Shown: positions 25,297-34,993, counted from the first letter of the stretch. The stretch is 50,306 nt of DNA from an uncultured Candidatus Sumerlaeota bacterium (GCA_964526215.1 CAZGKP010000001.1:1-50306), one strand, 5' to 3'. Translations and numbers: made by a program. The notes: a model not told the origin generated them from the letters alone.

Positions 25297-27099
25297 ATGA
25301 GAGCGAGGATGCTAATTTTAATAGAGGTGGTGGGACTGCTTTTTCTCGCGCCCTTTGCAACTTTATCAGCCGATGAGTGCCCGTTCCTTTATGGCATACA
25401 CGACCATGAGCCATCCCCCGCAGAATATCTGTCGCATATAGAGAATGCTTCGGGAGTCGGGCGTGGCTGGGTCACGGCGACGGTCGCCGTCGGGCACGAC
25501 CCCGGCGATATGGGCGGCGTTGATTTCACCTGGTTCTCCAATCGGGGTCACACGGTCATCTGCCGCATCAATAATGGCTATTTTAATGAGGGGACAATCC
25601 CCCTTCCTGTGCATTATTCAGACTTTGCCACGCGCTGTGCAAATTTTGTTGCCAATTCTCCGGGCTGCGAAATCTGGGTCATCGCCAACGAGACAAATCT
25701 GGCGTGCGAGTGGCCGCCATCGGGCAATCACAAGGCTTACGTCTCGCCGCAGAGCTACGCCGACTGTTTCCGCCTGTGCTACGATGCCATAAAGGCGGTT
25801 CGCCCCACGCATAAGGTTTGCAGTCAGGCACTTGCACCCTGGGCAGGTCCTTACGGCAGCGGGACGCTCAGCTCATATACACACGACGGCAATCCCCTCA
25901 ACTGGGTTCAGTATATGAATCAGATGCTCACCGCCATTCATTCATCGGGTGGTATTGACGGCATCGCCCTTCACATAACCTCGCGCGGCTATAATTATTC
26001 AGACATCCACAGCACCGCACAGATGAACGCCGCCGGGCAGCTCCTCTACAGCTCGTTCTATGTCTATAAGGATTGGGTAAATTACGGGATACCATCATTG
26101 CTCTACAGTCTGCCCCTGTATGCCACCGAGTGCAATGGGATGTATTACTGGAAGGGCGGGCACCCGGAAAATCCCGCCGCACATTACGAGTCTGGTTGGG
26201 TTCAGGAGATATATCACGAGATAGATAATTACAATCGCACCGTTGCCGCCACCGAGGGAAAACCGCGCTATCATTGCATAAATTTTTACCGCTGGTGCTC
26301 TCATTGCGACGACTGGAATATTGATGGGGACAGCAATCCCTACAAGAGCCAGATTCTCGCCGACCTCGACGATGCCCTCACACACGCTTATCGCTGGGAT
26401 ACATCCGAACCGACCCCGACACCCACACCGCCTGCGCCCACGCCGACACCGCTGCCCGGCTCGACCTGGTGTGATTTCTTTGAGGGCACGGCGGTTGATA
26501 CATCACCGCCTGAACCCGATTGGAAACTCTATTCGCAGGGCGGATTCTCCATCACGCAATCGGGCGGATTTTTGCGACTCGTTGGTTCATCCGGCGCCTC
26601 TTACGGCGGGATATACAATGGCGACTACGAGACCTATTCCGACTTTGCAATCCATACGAAACTCATAATTGTTGACACCGACAGCACCCAGGGCGGCTCA
26701 AGCGAGGCAAATGCCGAAATCCGCTTCCGCACTCAATCCGGCGCGGGATATAGTCTCTCATTCAAAGCCGGCGACGCCGACCAGAAGGTAAACCTGCGCC
26801 GTAGCGATACCTGGGCTATCATCCAGAATAAACAGGTCTCGCACACATTCTCAAACGGCGAGACATTTTACGTGAGCATTGATTGCAACGGGACGCAAAT
26901 TGCCACAAAAGTGGGCACGACAGGCGGCGCTGATGACGTGGTGAACTGGGAACTCACGGATTCCACATTCCAGACCGGTTGCTTCTGGCTTTTCGGGTAT
27001 CAATTAAAAGAGGCGGACTTCGATTATGTTTACGTCGGTCCACAGGGCTGGAATCCATTTGCGGAGCCGTTGCGCGCAACAAACTTGCAATTATATTAA
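25297..27099 (+). CDS. Secreted clan GH-A-like glycoside hydrolase - Pro/Thr linker - jelly-roll (LamG/DUF1080-like) domain protein
   Basis: Start chosen at MRARMLILIEVVGLLFLAPFATLSA (signal peptide). It has putative acid/base IWVIANETN and nucleophile LYATECNG motifs, a linker TSEPTPTPTPPAPTPTPLP, and a ~190-aa beta-rich C-terminal domain. Confidence 0.6.
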   Translation: MRARMLILIEVVGLLFLAPFATLSADECPFLYGIHDHEPSPAEYLSHIENASGVGRGWVTATVAVGHDPGDMGGVDFTWFSNRGHTVICRINNGYFNEGTIPLPVHYSDFATRCANFVANSPGCEIWVIANETNLACEWPPSGNHKAYVSPQSYADCFRLCYDAIKAVRPTHKVCSQALAPWAGPYGSGTLSSYTHDGNPLNWVQYMNQMLTAIHSSGGIDGIALHITSRGYNYSDIHSTAQMNAAGQLLYSSFYVYKDWVNYGIPSLLYSLPLYATECNGMYYWKGGHPENPAAHYESGWVQEIYHEIDNYNRTVAATEGKPRYHCINFYRWCSHCDDWNIDGDSNPYKSQILADLDDALTHAYRWDTSEPTPTPTPPAPTPTPLPGSTWCDFFEGTAVDTSPPEPDWKLYSQGGFSITQSGGFLRLVGSSGASYGGIYNGDYETYSDFAIHTKLIIVDTDSTQGGSSEANAEIRFRTQSGAGYSLSFKAGDADQKVNLRRSDTWAIIQNKQVSHTFSNGETFYVSIDCNGTQIATKVGTTGGADDVVNWELTDSTFQTGCFWLFGYQLKEADFDYVYVGPQGWNPFAEPLRATNLQLY

Positions 27100-27111
27100 A
27101 GGAAGTGCAAG

Positions 27112-28182
27112 ATGGCAAAGAGCGAAAATAAAACTTTTTCATTAAAGGAACTTGCGGAAAAACTTGGTGCGGAAATTGACCCATTGAGTGCCGGGGATAA
27201 GTTCGTTTCCGGCTTCACTACACTTGAAGCCGCAACCGATAACGACATCGCCTTTATCACATCGCATAAATATGCCTCGCAGGCAAAGGCAAGTAAAGCC
27301 GCCGCCATCCTCGCACCGAAAGATTTCCAGATGCCGGGCAAAATTCTGCTCCGCGTCGAGAACGTATGGAAGGCGGTGATTGTGCTACTCGGCGAATTTT
27401 ATCCCGAACCGATGCCGACCGGTCTCTGCGATAAAACCGCCCTCATCGCTCCGGGTGCACACTTCGGGGGAAATGTTACGGTCGAGCCACTTGCCATCAT
27501 AAAGGACGGCGCACAGATTGGCGACAACACACTCATTGGCGCGCTATCATATATCGGGCGGGACGTAAAAGTCGGGTGCAATTGCCTCCTCCATCCGCGG
27601 GTAACAATTTTACGCAATTGTGAGATTGGCAATCGCGTCATATTGCATCCGGGTGTCATCATCGGTAGCGACGGTTTCAAATACGAGGTGATAGATGGTG
27701 TGCCGACAAAAATCCCGCAGGTGGGACACGTGGTGATTGAAGATGATGTGGAGATTGGCGCCAATACCTGTATTGACCGCGCATCTGTCACCGAGACCCG
27801 CATCTGTCGTGGCACCAAACTCGACAACCTGATACAGGTCGCCCACAATGTGCATATCGGTCCGTATTGTCTGATGGCGAGTCAGGTAGGGATTGCAGGT
27901 TCAACAAAAATCGGTGCGGGGTGCATCTTCGGCGGGCAGGCGGGCATCAGGGATAATATCAATATTGGCAATAAAGTTATGGTCGCCGGAAAGTGCGGGG
28001 TCAGTAAAGATACACCCGACGGGACAAAGCTCATAGGGATGATAGGAATGCCGGCAAGGGAATACTTAAAAAACGAAACGATGTGGCGGCGACTGCCGAA
28101 ACTGATTGAATCTCTCAAGGAATTACAAAAACGCATTGAGCATCTGGAAGCAAAACTCCCCTCTGAAAATCCGAGCAAGTAG
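27112..28182 (+). CDS. lpxD: UDP-3-O-acylglucosamine N-acyltransferase
   Basis: 356 aa with an LpxD-type N-terminus (LKELAEKLGAEI), a long left-handed beta-helix hexapeptide region and a C-terminal helical extension. Confidence 0.9.
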   Translation: MAKSENKTFSLKELAEKLGAEIDPLSAGDKFVSGFTTLEAATDNDIAFITSHKYASQAKASKAAAILAPKDFQMPGKILLRVENVWKAVIVLLGEFYPEPMPTGLCDKTALIAPGAHFGGNVTVEPLAIIKDGAQIGDNTLIGALSYIGRDVKVGCNCLLHPRVTILRNCEIGNRVILHPGVIIGSDGFKYEVIDGVPTKIPQVGHVVIEDDVEIGANTCIDRASVTETRICRGTKLDNLIQVAHNVHIGPYCLMASQVGIAGSTKIGAGCIFGGQAGIRDNINIGNKVMVAGKCGVSKDTPDGTKLIGMIGMPAREYLKNETMWRRLPKLIESLKELQKRIEHLEAKLPSENPSK

Positions 28183-28355
28183 CGTCCGGCATTGAAAAAA
28201 TCAATCGCAATGGCGCAGAGATTTCCTCAAATCCAAATCTAACATTACGGCTCCCTATTACCTGAATATTGGGGAAATCTTAACCCTCCTTCTCACAGTT
28301 TCGCGCATTAACGAGTTAATGGGGGTGAACTGAAGCTAAAATCGCGTATGGAGAG

Positions 28356-28982
28356 ATGACAGCAAAGACGAAATATCGTTTGACATTGAAAGGATTTATT
28401 TCGTCGGCACCCGACTTTGCCCTCGCCGTTACCTTTCTTGTTACCTGGGTTTACCCTTATGCCTTCGGACAGAGGGCGGTGCGCTATCTTATGTTCGTTA
28501 TGCTCCTGGAATTTATTGTGATGCATTCCACCGGTTTTCTCGGTTCTGTGGGAATATCGAATCTGCCGAAGAAGAAAAAGGCGATGGCTTTCGCCGGAAT
28601 GCTACTTTTCTACTCCTTATTTGCGGGGGGTTTTTCAGCAATATACGGCAGTCTGTGGCCCCTGCTTTCCTTCTGGATACTGACCCTTGCCAAGTTTCCA
28701 TCGGTGGTGCTCGAATCCTTTACGAAGAAGGAAAAAGAGGCGCTGCAGAAGGGGTGGGGAACTATGGTAGCGGTTTATGTCCTTGGCGCCACAATCACCA
28801 CCTTTTTCCCTATGCCACGTTTAGGGATTACAAAAGAAGTGATTCGGGCTCAGGTTTTCAAGTCATCAGGATTATGGATTGCCCAGCCGTGGCGGGTGAT
28901 AGCATTCGGGGTGTTATATTTCACTATCCTAGGGATGATAGAATTACTGCGCCGATGCCGCATCCGTCCCCCGAAGGTGTGA
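28356..28982 (+). CDS. Hypothetical integral membrane protein
   Basis: 208 aa with ~6 hydrophobic helices and no recognisable motif. Confidence 0.6.
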   Translation: MTAKTKYRLTLKGFISSAPDFALAVTFLVTWVYPYAFGQRAVRYLMFVMLLEFIVMHSTGFLGSVGISNLPKKKKAMAFAGMLLFYSLFAGGFSAIYGSLWPLLSFWILTLAKFPSVVLESFTKKEKEALQKGWGTMVAVYVLGATITTFFPMPRLGITKEVIRAQVFKSSGLWIAQPWRVIAFGVLYFTILGMIELLRRCRIRPPKV

Positions 28983-29077
28983 GGGGGTAGCGTTTTTTTT
29001 CTTGCTCTTACCATAATCGGTTCACCAGAATCTGATAAATTTTGGGGCAGTTTTAATTAGGAAATTGGGAGATTTTT

Positions 29078-31753
29078 GTGAACGAAAGAAATTTTTATCC
29101 GTTCGAGGAAATTGAGAAAAAATGGCAGAGATTATGGGAGGAAAAGGGTCTCTTCCAGACTCGTGATGATGATGCTCGCCCGAAATATTACCTCCTGGAG
29201 ATGTTTCCATACCCAAGCGGAAAACTCCATATGGGGCACGTGCGCAATTACTCCATCGGTGATGCCGTTGCACGCTTTATGCGGATGCGCGGGCATAACG
29301 TCCTTTACCCGATGGGGTTCGACGCCTTCGGTCTCCCCGCCGAGAACGCCGCTAATAAGGCTGCACGCGAACAGGGCAAACCCATAAATCCCGCCGCCTT
29401 CACTCAGAATTGCATCGAAGATATGATCGCAAGCCTCAAACGGATGGGCTATTCTTATGACTGGGGACGCTTCATCTCTACCTGCTATCCCGACTATTAC
29501 AAATGGAATCAGTTAATCTTTCTGAAGATGTTAGAGCGGGGACTTGCCTACCGCAAACAGGCTGCCGTCAACTGGTGCCCCGACTGCAACTCTGTGCTGG
29601 CGAATGAACAGGTGATTGACGGCAAGTGCTGGCGACACACTGATACAAAAGTCGAGATTCGCCAGCTCACCCAGTGGTTCTTCAAAATCACCGCTTACGC
29701 CGAGGAACTCCTCTCCGAACTCGATAATCTCACAGGCTGGCCCGAGCATGTGCGCATTATGCAGCGCAACTGGATTGGCAAGAGCGAGGGCTGTATGGTG
29801 AATTTCGAGCTGGTTAACCCTCGTAGCGACGAGGACAAAAATATCCCGATATTCACAACGCGCCCCGACACTCTCTATGGCGTAACTTTTATGGTCTTTG
29901 CGCCGGAGCATCCGCGCACACTCGAGCTCGCCGCCGGAACATCCCGGGAGGCGAAGGTGCGGGAATTCGTCAATCGCGTGTGCGTTCAGGATAGAAGCGT
30001 CCGCACCGCCGAAGACCGCGAGAAGAAGGGCGTATGGCTCGGCAGGGAGGCTATCAATCCCCTCACCGGCGAACACGTGAAACTCTTCACTGCAAATTTC
30101 GTTCTTATGGAATACGGCACGGGATGCATTATGGCTGTCCCCGCTCACGACCAGCGCGACTTCGAGTTCGCAAAAAAATATGACATCCCCGTGAAGGTCG
30201 TCATCCGCCCGGCACCCAATCAGGCAATCTCCCCCGAACAGAAAGCCCTCGTAAAGGAGTGGCTCGCAATGGGATGTCCCGATGACGGTGCCGGTATGCA
30301 GGGCGCTTATGTTGAACCCGGTATTCAGGTGAACTCCGGGCAATTCACCGGCATTTCATCAACTGAGGGAATTAGGAAAATCGCAGACTTTGTTGAGGAA
30401 GAGGGGCTTGGCAAATGGAGCATTCAATACAGGTTGAGCGACTGGCTCATCTCACGTCAGCGCTACTGGGGCACGCCCATCCCGATTGTTTATTGTGACA
30501 AGTGCGGTGCGGTCGGTGTGCCGGAGAGCGAACTGCCGGTGCTGCTCCCTACAGATGTCAATTTTGCAGCAGGGGGCAATCCCATAAATACATCGGGGAC
30601 ATATATAAACACGACTTGCCCGAGGTGCGGAGGTCCCGCCAGATGCGAGACCGATACGATGGATACATTCGTTGATTCGTCATGGTATTTTTTTCGTTAC
30701 TGCGACCCGAAGAATAGCGGGCTGCCATTTTCACCGGAGACGGATGCGCGCTGGATGCCGGTTGACCAGTATATTGGTGGTGTAGAACATGCAATTCTCC
30801 ATCTCTTATATGCACGCTTTTTTACAAAGGTCTTGCGTGACATTGGCTATACAAAACGCGGCGAGCCATTTAAGAATCTATTCACTCAGGGGATGGTCTG
30901 CAAAGAGGCGCCGTATTGCCCGCAGTGCAGGGCGGCGATGCCGGTGGATGCGCCGATTGACGGCAACTGCCCGCGCCATGGCTGCCCGGTTCAGATGCGC
31001 AGCGTCAAGATGTCAAAGTCGCTGGGGAACACCGTTGACCCTGCCGCCCTCATCGAAAAACTCGGTGCGGATGCACTACGCCTGTTTATTCTTTTTGCAT
31101 CGCCAGCCGAGAAGGAATTAGAATGGAGCGATAAGGGTGTGGAGGGATGCTCGCGTTTCCTGAATCGTCTGTGGCGTTATGTTATTGCAAATGAGGCGGT
31201 TTTGAAAGAGGGAAAGCGGCTCTGCGAAATTTCGGCATTGGGGCAGGCAGATGATGAGGCGGCGCGTAACCTCAATCGCCTGACGCATATCACCATTCGC
31301 CGCATAACGAACGACATAACCGAGCGTTTTCACTTCAACACCGCCATTGCCGCCGCAATGGAATTCCTGAACGGCATTTCGGCTTACAGGATAAGTGATA
31401 CAGATGTCTCAAAGAAGGCTGCATTCACGGCAGTCCGAATGCTCCTTCTATTACTATCGCCATTTGCGCCGCACCTGATGGAGGAATTGTGGAGCAGGCT
31501 CGGATACACACAATCCATCTCATTAGAGACGTGGCCCAAGTATGATGCAAAAGCGGCGGCATTTGAAGAGATTACGATAGTTGTTCAGGTGAACGGCAAA
31601 GTAAGGGCGCGCCTCACCGTCCCGGCGGATGCAGATGAAGAGTATATCAAAGAAAAGGCATTTGCTGAAAGTCGCGTCCAAAAACACATCACAGGCAAGC
31701 CCTTGCGAAAAGTCATTTACGTCCCGAAAAAGCTCTTGAACCTTGTCGTATAA
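29078..31753 (+). CDS. leuS: Leucine--tRNA ligase
   Basis: 891 aa with a GTG start 5 nt after GGGAGA, HIGH motif (KLHMGHVRNY), KMSKS motif, and a CP1 editing domain plus bacterial LeuS C-terminal domain order. Confidence 0.95.
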   Translation: MNERNFYPFEEIEKKWQRLWEEKGLFQTRDDDARPKYYLLEMFPYPSGKLHMGHVRNYSIGDAVARFMRMRGHNVLYPMGFDAFGLPAENAANKAAREQGKPINPAAFTQNCIEDMIASLKRMGYSYDWGRFISTCYPDYYKWNQLIFLKMLERGLAYRKQAAVNWCPDCNSVLANEQVIDGKCWRHTDTKVEIRQLTQWFFKITAYAEELLSELDNLTGWPEHVRIMQRNWIGKSEGCMVNFELVNPRSDEDKNIPIFTTRPDTLYGVTFMVFAPEHPRTLELAAGTSREAKVREFVNRVCVQDRSVRTAEDREKKGVWLGREAINPLTGEHVKLFTANFVLMEYGTGCIMAVPAHDQRDFEFAKKYDIPVKVVIRPAPNQAISPEQKALVKEWLAMGCPDDGAGMQGAYVEPGIQVNSGQFTGISSTEGIRKIADFVEEEGLGKWSIQYRLSDWLISRQRYWGTPIPIVYCDKCGAVGVPESELPVLLPTDVNFAAGGNPINTSGTYINTTCPRCGGPARCETDTMDTFVDSSWYFFRYCDPKNSGLPFSPETDARWMPVDQYIGGVEHAILHLLYARFFTKVLRDIGYTKRGEPFKNLFTQGMVCKEAPYCPQCRAAMPVDAPIDGNCPRHGCPVQMRSVKMSKSLGNTVDPAALIEKLGADALRLFILFASPAEKELEWSDKGVEGCSRFLNRLWRYVIANEAVLKEGKRLCEISALGQADDEAARNLNRLTHITIRRITNDITERFHFNTAIAAAMEFLNGISAYRISDTDVSKKAAFTAVRMLLLLLSPFAPHLMEELWSRLGYTQSISLETWPKYDAKAAAFEEITIVVQVNGKVRARLTVPADADEEYIKEKAFAESRVQKHITGKPLRKVIYVPKKLLNLVV

Positions 31754-31780
31754 CCCGGGGCTTTGGAGGGGCTAACCCAG

Positions 31781-31815
31781 TTTGCAATTTTCAATTTGCA
31801 ATTTCCAATTTCCAA
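31781..31815. repeat. Heptanucleotide tandem array (tttgcaa ttttcaa tttgcaa tttccaa tttccaa)
   Basis: Five in-phase heptamers starting 28 nt after the leuS stop codon. Confidence 0.85.
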
Positions 31816-31950
31816 TATTTCTTAAAATAAGAGATGTTATAGCCGCAGGCGCGCCCCTGGTGGGATGTCATTATGGTTGCTTGTTTCCCAGGTTCTGGGA
31901 TAGGCTCTTATCAGATACCAATTATGAATGCCCACCAGAGCCACAGGGGA

Positions 31951-33393
31951 TCAAAGTAGTGGAGAAAGTAGGCGGCAGGCGTTTTCGGCAGCCTGAACCC
32001 ATCCCGAACGCTTCTGTAATCTTTCCCTTGTAACCTCGCGCGAAAAGGAGAGGTCTTTCAGAAATTGTTTCTCAAGCCCTGAAACCAGTGGGCGCGAGTA
32101 AATTAAGCAGTTTACCTCAAAATCGAGTCGGAGACTCCGGATGTCGAGGTTTGCGGTGCCGACAGATGCTAAAATACCATCAATGATTAAGACCTTTGCA
32201 TGGAACATCCCACGCCCGTATTGCCATATCCGCACACCAGATGCGAGCATATCATCCCAGTAGTAGCGAGAAGCCAGAAAGGGCAGCCACTTGTCGGGCG
32301 GAGCGCCCTGTGTGAGTAGTCGGACGTCAACGCCGGTGAGGGCGGCTGTGCGCAGGCTGTCAATCAGGCTCTCGTCGGGGATAAAATAGGGTGTGGACAT
32401 CCATAAGCGTCGTCGTGCGCGCACGGTTGCCGCATAGTAACACTTCCTTATTGCATTAAGGCGTTGGTCGGGTCCAGCCGCAATTATCTGGAGATGATGA
32501 TTGAAGTCAATGTCCGATGGGAGCGGCGAGAGTTTTTCTATCTCAATGTGCTCACCGGTGGCGAAGTGCCAGTCTTCGGCAAATGCGTGATGAAGGCTTT
32601 CAACAGCCGGACCCACTATGCGCATATGTGTATCGCGCCAGGCACCCAGGCGCGGGTCTTGACCGATATATTCCCTGCCGATATTTAGCCCGCCCACAAA
32701 GCCCACTCTGCCATCCACCACGAGGATTTTTCTGTGGTTTCGCAGGTTTATCTGAATGCGGCGTCTCAAAATGTTGACGGGCATAAAGGGCACCGCCGTT
32801 CCACCCGCATTGACAAGGGGACGCAGGACTCTTGCCGGGAGTTTGCGTGAACCAATCGCATCATACAGCAGTCTGACTTTCACGCCCCCGCGGGCTTTTT
32901 GTGAAAGGTGTGCGATAAAATTGCGCCCTACTCTATCGGGCTGGAGGATGTATGTCTGGAGGGAGATTTGTCTCTGGGCGGATTCTATTGCGTTATGCAT
33001 CGCCCCATAAGCGGAGAGACCGTCATAATAGAATGTAGCGGAATTGCCATCAGTAACGGGGAAACCGCCGAGGTGTTTCATCAATTTCCGGAAGGCTTCC
33101 CAGTCAGTCGGTAACTCCTTGAGTGGAGCGGTAGATGTCTTGCGTGTGGGGAATGGTCGAAGGGCACGGAAAGTACGGCGCTGCCTCTTTTTCTGGGCGA
33201 GGGGGCGCTCTATGTGGTCCTGTCCAAAAAGGAGAAACGCAACTGCCCCTACGTATGGCAGGAAAATAATGGCAAGAATCCAGGCGAGTGCCGCTACCGG
33301 TTCCCGTTTGTGCTTTAAGACCCTCAGCACAAAGCCGAGTGCAACTAAATAGCCACCGATGGTGAAGGCATACGTAAGATATTTCCAGAACAC
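31951..33393 (-). CDS. cls: Cardiolipin synthase (PLD superfamily)
   Basis: 480 aa with two N-terminal TM helices and two HKD motifs (HRKILVVDG and HAKVLIIDG). Confidence 0.9.
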   Translation of the reverse strand: MFWKYLTYAFTIGGYLVALGFVLRVLKHKREPVAALAWILAIIFLPYVGAVAFLLFGQDHIERPLAQKKRQRRTFRALRPFPTRKTSTAPLKELPTDWEAFRKLMKHLGGFPVTDGNSATFYYDGLSAYGAMHNAIESAQRQISLQTYILQPDRVGRNFIAHLSQKARGGVKVRLLYDAIGSRKLPARVLRPLVNAGGTAVPFMPVNILRRRIQINLRNHRKILVVDGRVGFVGGLNIGREYIGQDPRLGAWRDTHMRIVGPAVESLHHAFAEDWHFATGEHIEIEKLSPLPSDIDFNHHLQIIAAGPDQRLNAIRKCYYAATVRARRRLWMSTPYFIPDESLIDSLRTAALTGVDVRLLTQGAPPDKWLPFLASRYYWDDMLASGVRIWQYGRGMFHAKVLIIDGILASVGTANLDIRSLRLDFEVNCLIYSRPLVSGLEKQFLKDLSFSREVTRERLQKRSGWVQAAENACRLLSPLL

Positions 33394-33425
33394 CCTTTAG
33401 TCCCTTCTTTACCCGTTACGGGGTA

Positions 33426-33523
33426 TTTTGCAATTGCGGATTGCGGATTGTCGAAGATCGAAGATGCGCCGTGGTGGACGCGCCGTGGCGGGCAAATTGT
33501 AGATTGTAGATTGCGAAATGTAA
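33426..33523. repeat. Fourteen phase-locked heptamers (98 nt), the longest array of the family
   Basis: ttttgca attgcgg attgcgg attgtcg aagatcg aagatgc gccgtgg tggacgc gccgtgg cgggcaa attgtag attgtag attgcga aatgtaa. The array fills the gap between the stop of the 33534 gene and the cls start. Confidence 0.85.
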
Positions 33524-33533
33524 CTCATATTCA

Positions 33534-34529
33534 CTATTCTGATTTGTCCGGGTTGTTGTCTGCAAAAATCGCTCGCGCAAGAGATAGGGCATCTCTTGCG
33601 AGCTTACGCTGTTTGCGTGCATTAGTGTAATAGCCACTGCGCTTTGTTGTGTGCTGTCGAAAAACCAGCACGTCAACCTCCCCGGTTTCTTTCGGCTCAA
33701 GATTGTATCGGGTGCGTTCCCTGATGTCCTTTAAGACCTTTACCGCCCTGCCGCGCCTGATGCGTTTCCGAAAATCGAATCCCTTTTTTGCCACAAACAC
33801 GGCATAAAGGTAAGGATATCGCTTTGAGCCTACCCTATTGATAGAGACCTGAATCTGCAGAGCCATAAAGTCTTCCGGAGCGGGCTTAAACTTTATGAAT
33901 AATCTGGCATTCCCGGGGATTTGGGCATCGCCCCTCATCCGCGCAATCTCGAGCTTCGGGGACAGGACAATTCCCGGGTCGGGATTTTCACGCATCAACT
34001 GAATGATGTTCTGGAGCGCCTTGACCTTGATAAGGAGGTCTTTGGGTCTATAGACATCTCTCCTCCCGACCGCGAAAAAGAGGACGAGGAACGCCGCACT
34101 GTCCTTGAGCCAGACGTCTGCCAGGCGGCTATAATTAAAACGGAGCAATAGCCATCCGGTAAGAATTGAGCCTCCCAGTAAGGCGAGCAAAAAGAAAATC
34201 CCCTTTGGGGAGGCTATGTTGTAAATACAGTTTGCCCACCTTGCCGAGCCTTTCATAAGGTCGTTGATGCGTCCAAATTCCTCAACGGTTACGTCCTTCC
34301 ACTCACTATCGGCGCCGATTCTGGTAGCAGGTGCATTGGTTACGGATTTCACCAGGGAAAGCAGAATACCGAAGAGGACAATTGCGCTCCCCGGAACAAA
34401 GTAATTGATTTGCACAGCAATCCCTGCGAAAAAGGAAAGAACTATCAGGGGAGCACGCTTTGAGAAAGGCATTGATGGGAAGATAAAGAAACCCACCTTT
34501 TTTTTGTGGGGATATGTAGCGGAGGACAT
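33534..34529 (-). CDS. Hypothetical polytopic membrane protein
   Basis: The track ORF starts at 34631 but overlaps the upstream gene by 100 nt. The in-frame ATG at 34529 lies 1 nt after the upstream TAA. The 331-aa product has ~4 TM helices and then a basic soluble C-terminal half. Confidence 0.6.
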   Translation of the reverse strand: MSSATYPHKKKVGFFIFPSMPFSKRAPLIVLSFFAGIAVQINYFVPGSAIVLFGILLSLVKSVTNAPATRIGADSEWKDVTVEEFGRINDLMKGSARWANCIYNIASPKGIFFLLALLGGSILTGWLLLRFNYSRLADVWLKDSAAFLVLFFAVGRRDVYRPKDLLIKVKALQNIIQLMRENPDPGIVLSPKLEIARMRGDAQIPGNARLFIKFKPAPEDFMALQIQVSINRVGSKRYPYLYAVFVAKKGFDFRKRIRRGRAVKVLKDIRERTRYNLEPKETGEVDVLVFRQHTTKRSGYYTNARKQRKLARDALSLARAIFADNNPDKSE

Positions 34530-34530
34530 C

Positions 34531-34935
34531 TTACTCCCATCCCTCCGACTTTTTAATGGCGAAAATCCTGTCAATATCCGCCTCTGTAAAGGCGCGCCTG
34601 CCAAATCTGTCGCGGTGAATCCGGGCGTCATCCAGCACCTTATTCCTTATCCATAAAAGCAAGGTGCCGAGAGAGATGCCGGTTCTCTCCGCCGCCTCCC
34701 GAGTGGTGTAATAATGAGGGACGCGCTTGTGTCTTCGACCCTGAGAGGTGGATTGCTCCTCTTCGGTTTTTCTCTTCCGCCGATCATCTTCGGGGAATGG
34801 CTTTTGAGTCCGGCGCCGCTCTTTACCGGCGCGCCGCTCATTGCCATCTCTGCGGTTATGGAGCACAAATTCATCCCAGTCCCGCCGTTCCTTGCCGGAA
34901 CGCCTATTCTCAAACCTTGTCGTGTACCCACTCAC
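34531..34935 (-). CDS. MerR/excisionase-type HTH protein with an Arg-rich repeat N-terminus
   Basis: 134 aa. The N-terminal half has RRSGKERR / RRDGNERRAGKERRR / DDRRKRK repeats. The C-terminal half has HTH YYTTREAAERTGISLGTLLLWIRNKVL followed by RRAFTEADIDRI. Confidence 0.65.
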   Translation of the reverse strand: MSGYTTRFENRRSGKERRDWDEFVLHNRRDGNERRAGKERRRTQKPFPEDDRRKRKTEEEQSTSQGRRHKRVPHYYTTREAAERTGISLGTLLLWIRNKVLDDARIHRDRFGRRAFTEADIDRIFAIKKSEGWE

Positions 34936-34993
34936 TGTTCTTCCCCCCTTTTGACAGAATGTGTATAGTCATCTATCATTAGTCCAGGGTCAA

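Noticed and set aside
29531-30343. 270-aa minus-strand ORF.
   Set aside because: It lies entirely inside leuS on the opposite strand, so it is a shadow ORF.
34530-34631. Longer start (34631) for the 33534 membrane protein, overlapping the HTH gene by 100 nt.
   Set aside because: The in-frame ATG at 34529 lies 1 nt after the upstream stop, which matches the coupling style seen throughout the window. The extension has no hydrophobic or conserved character.
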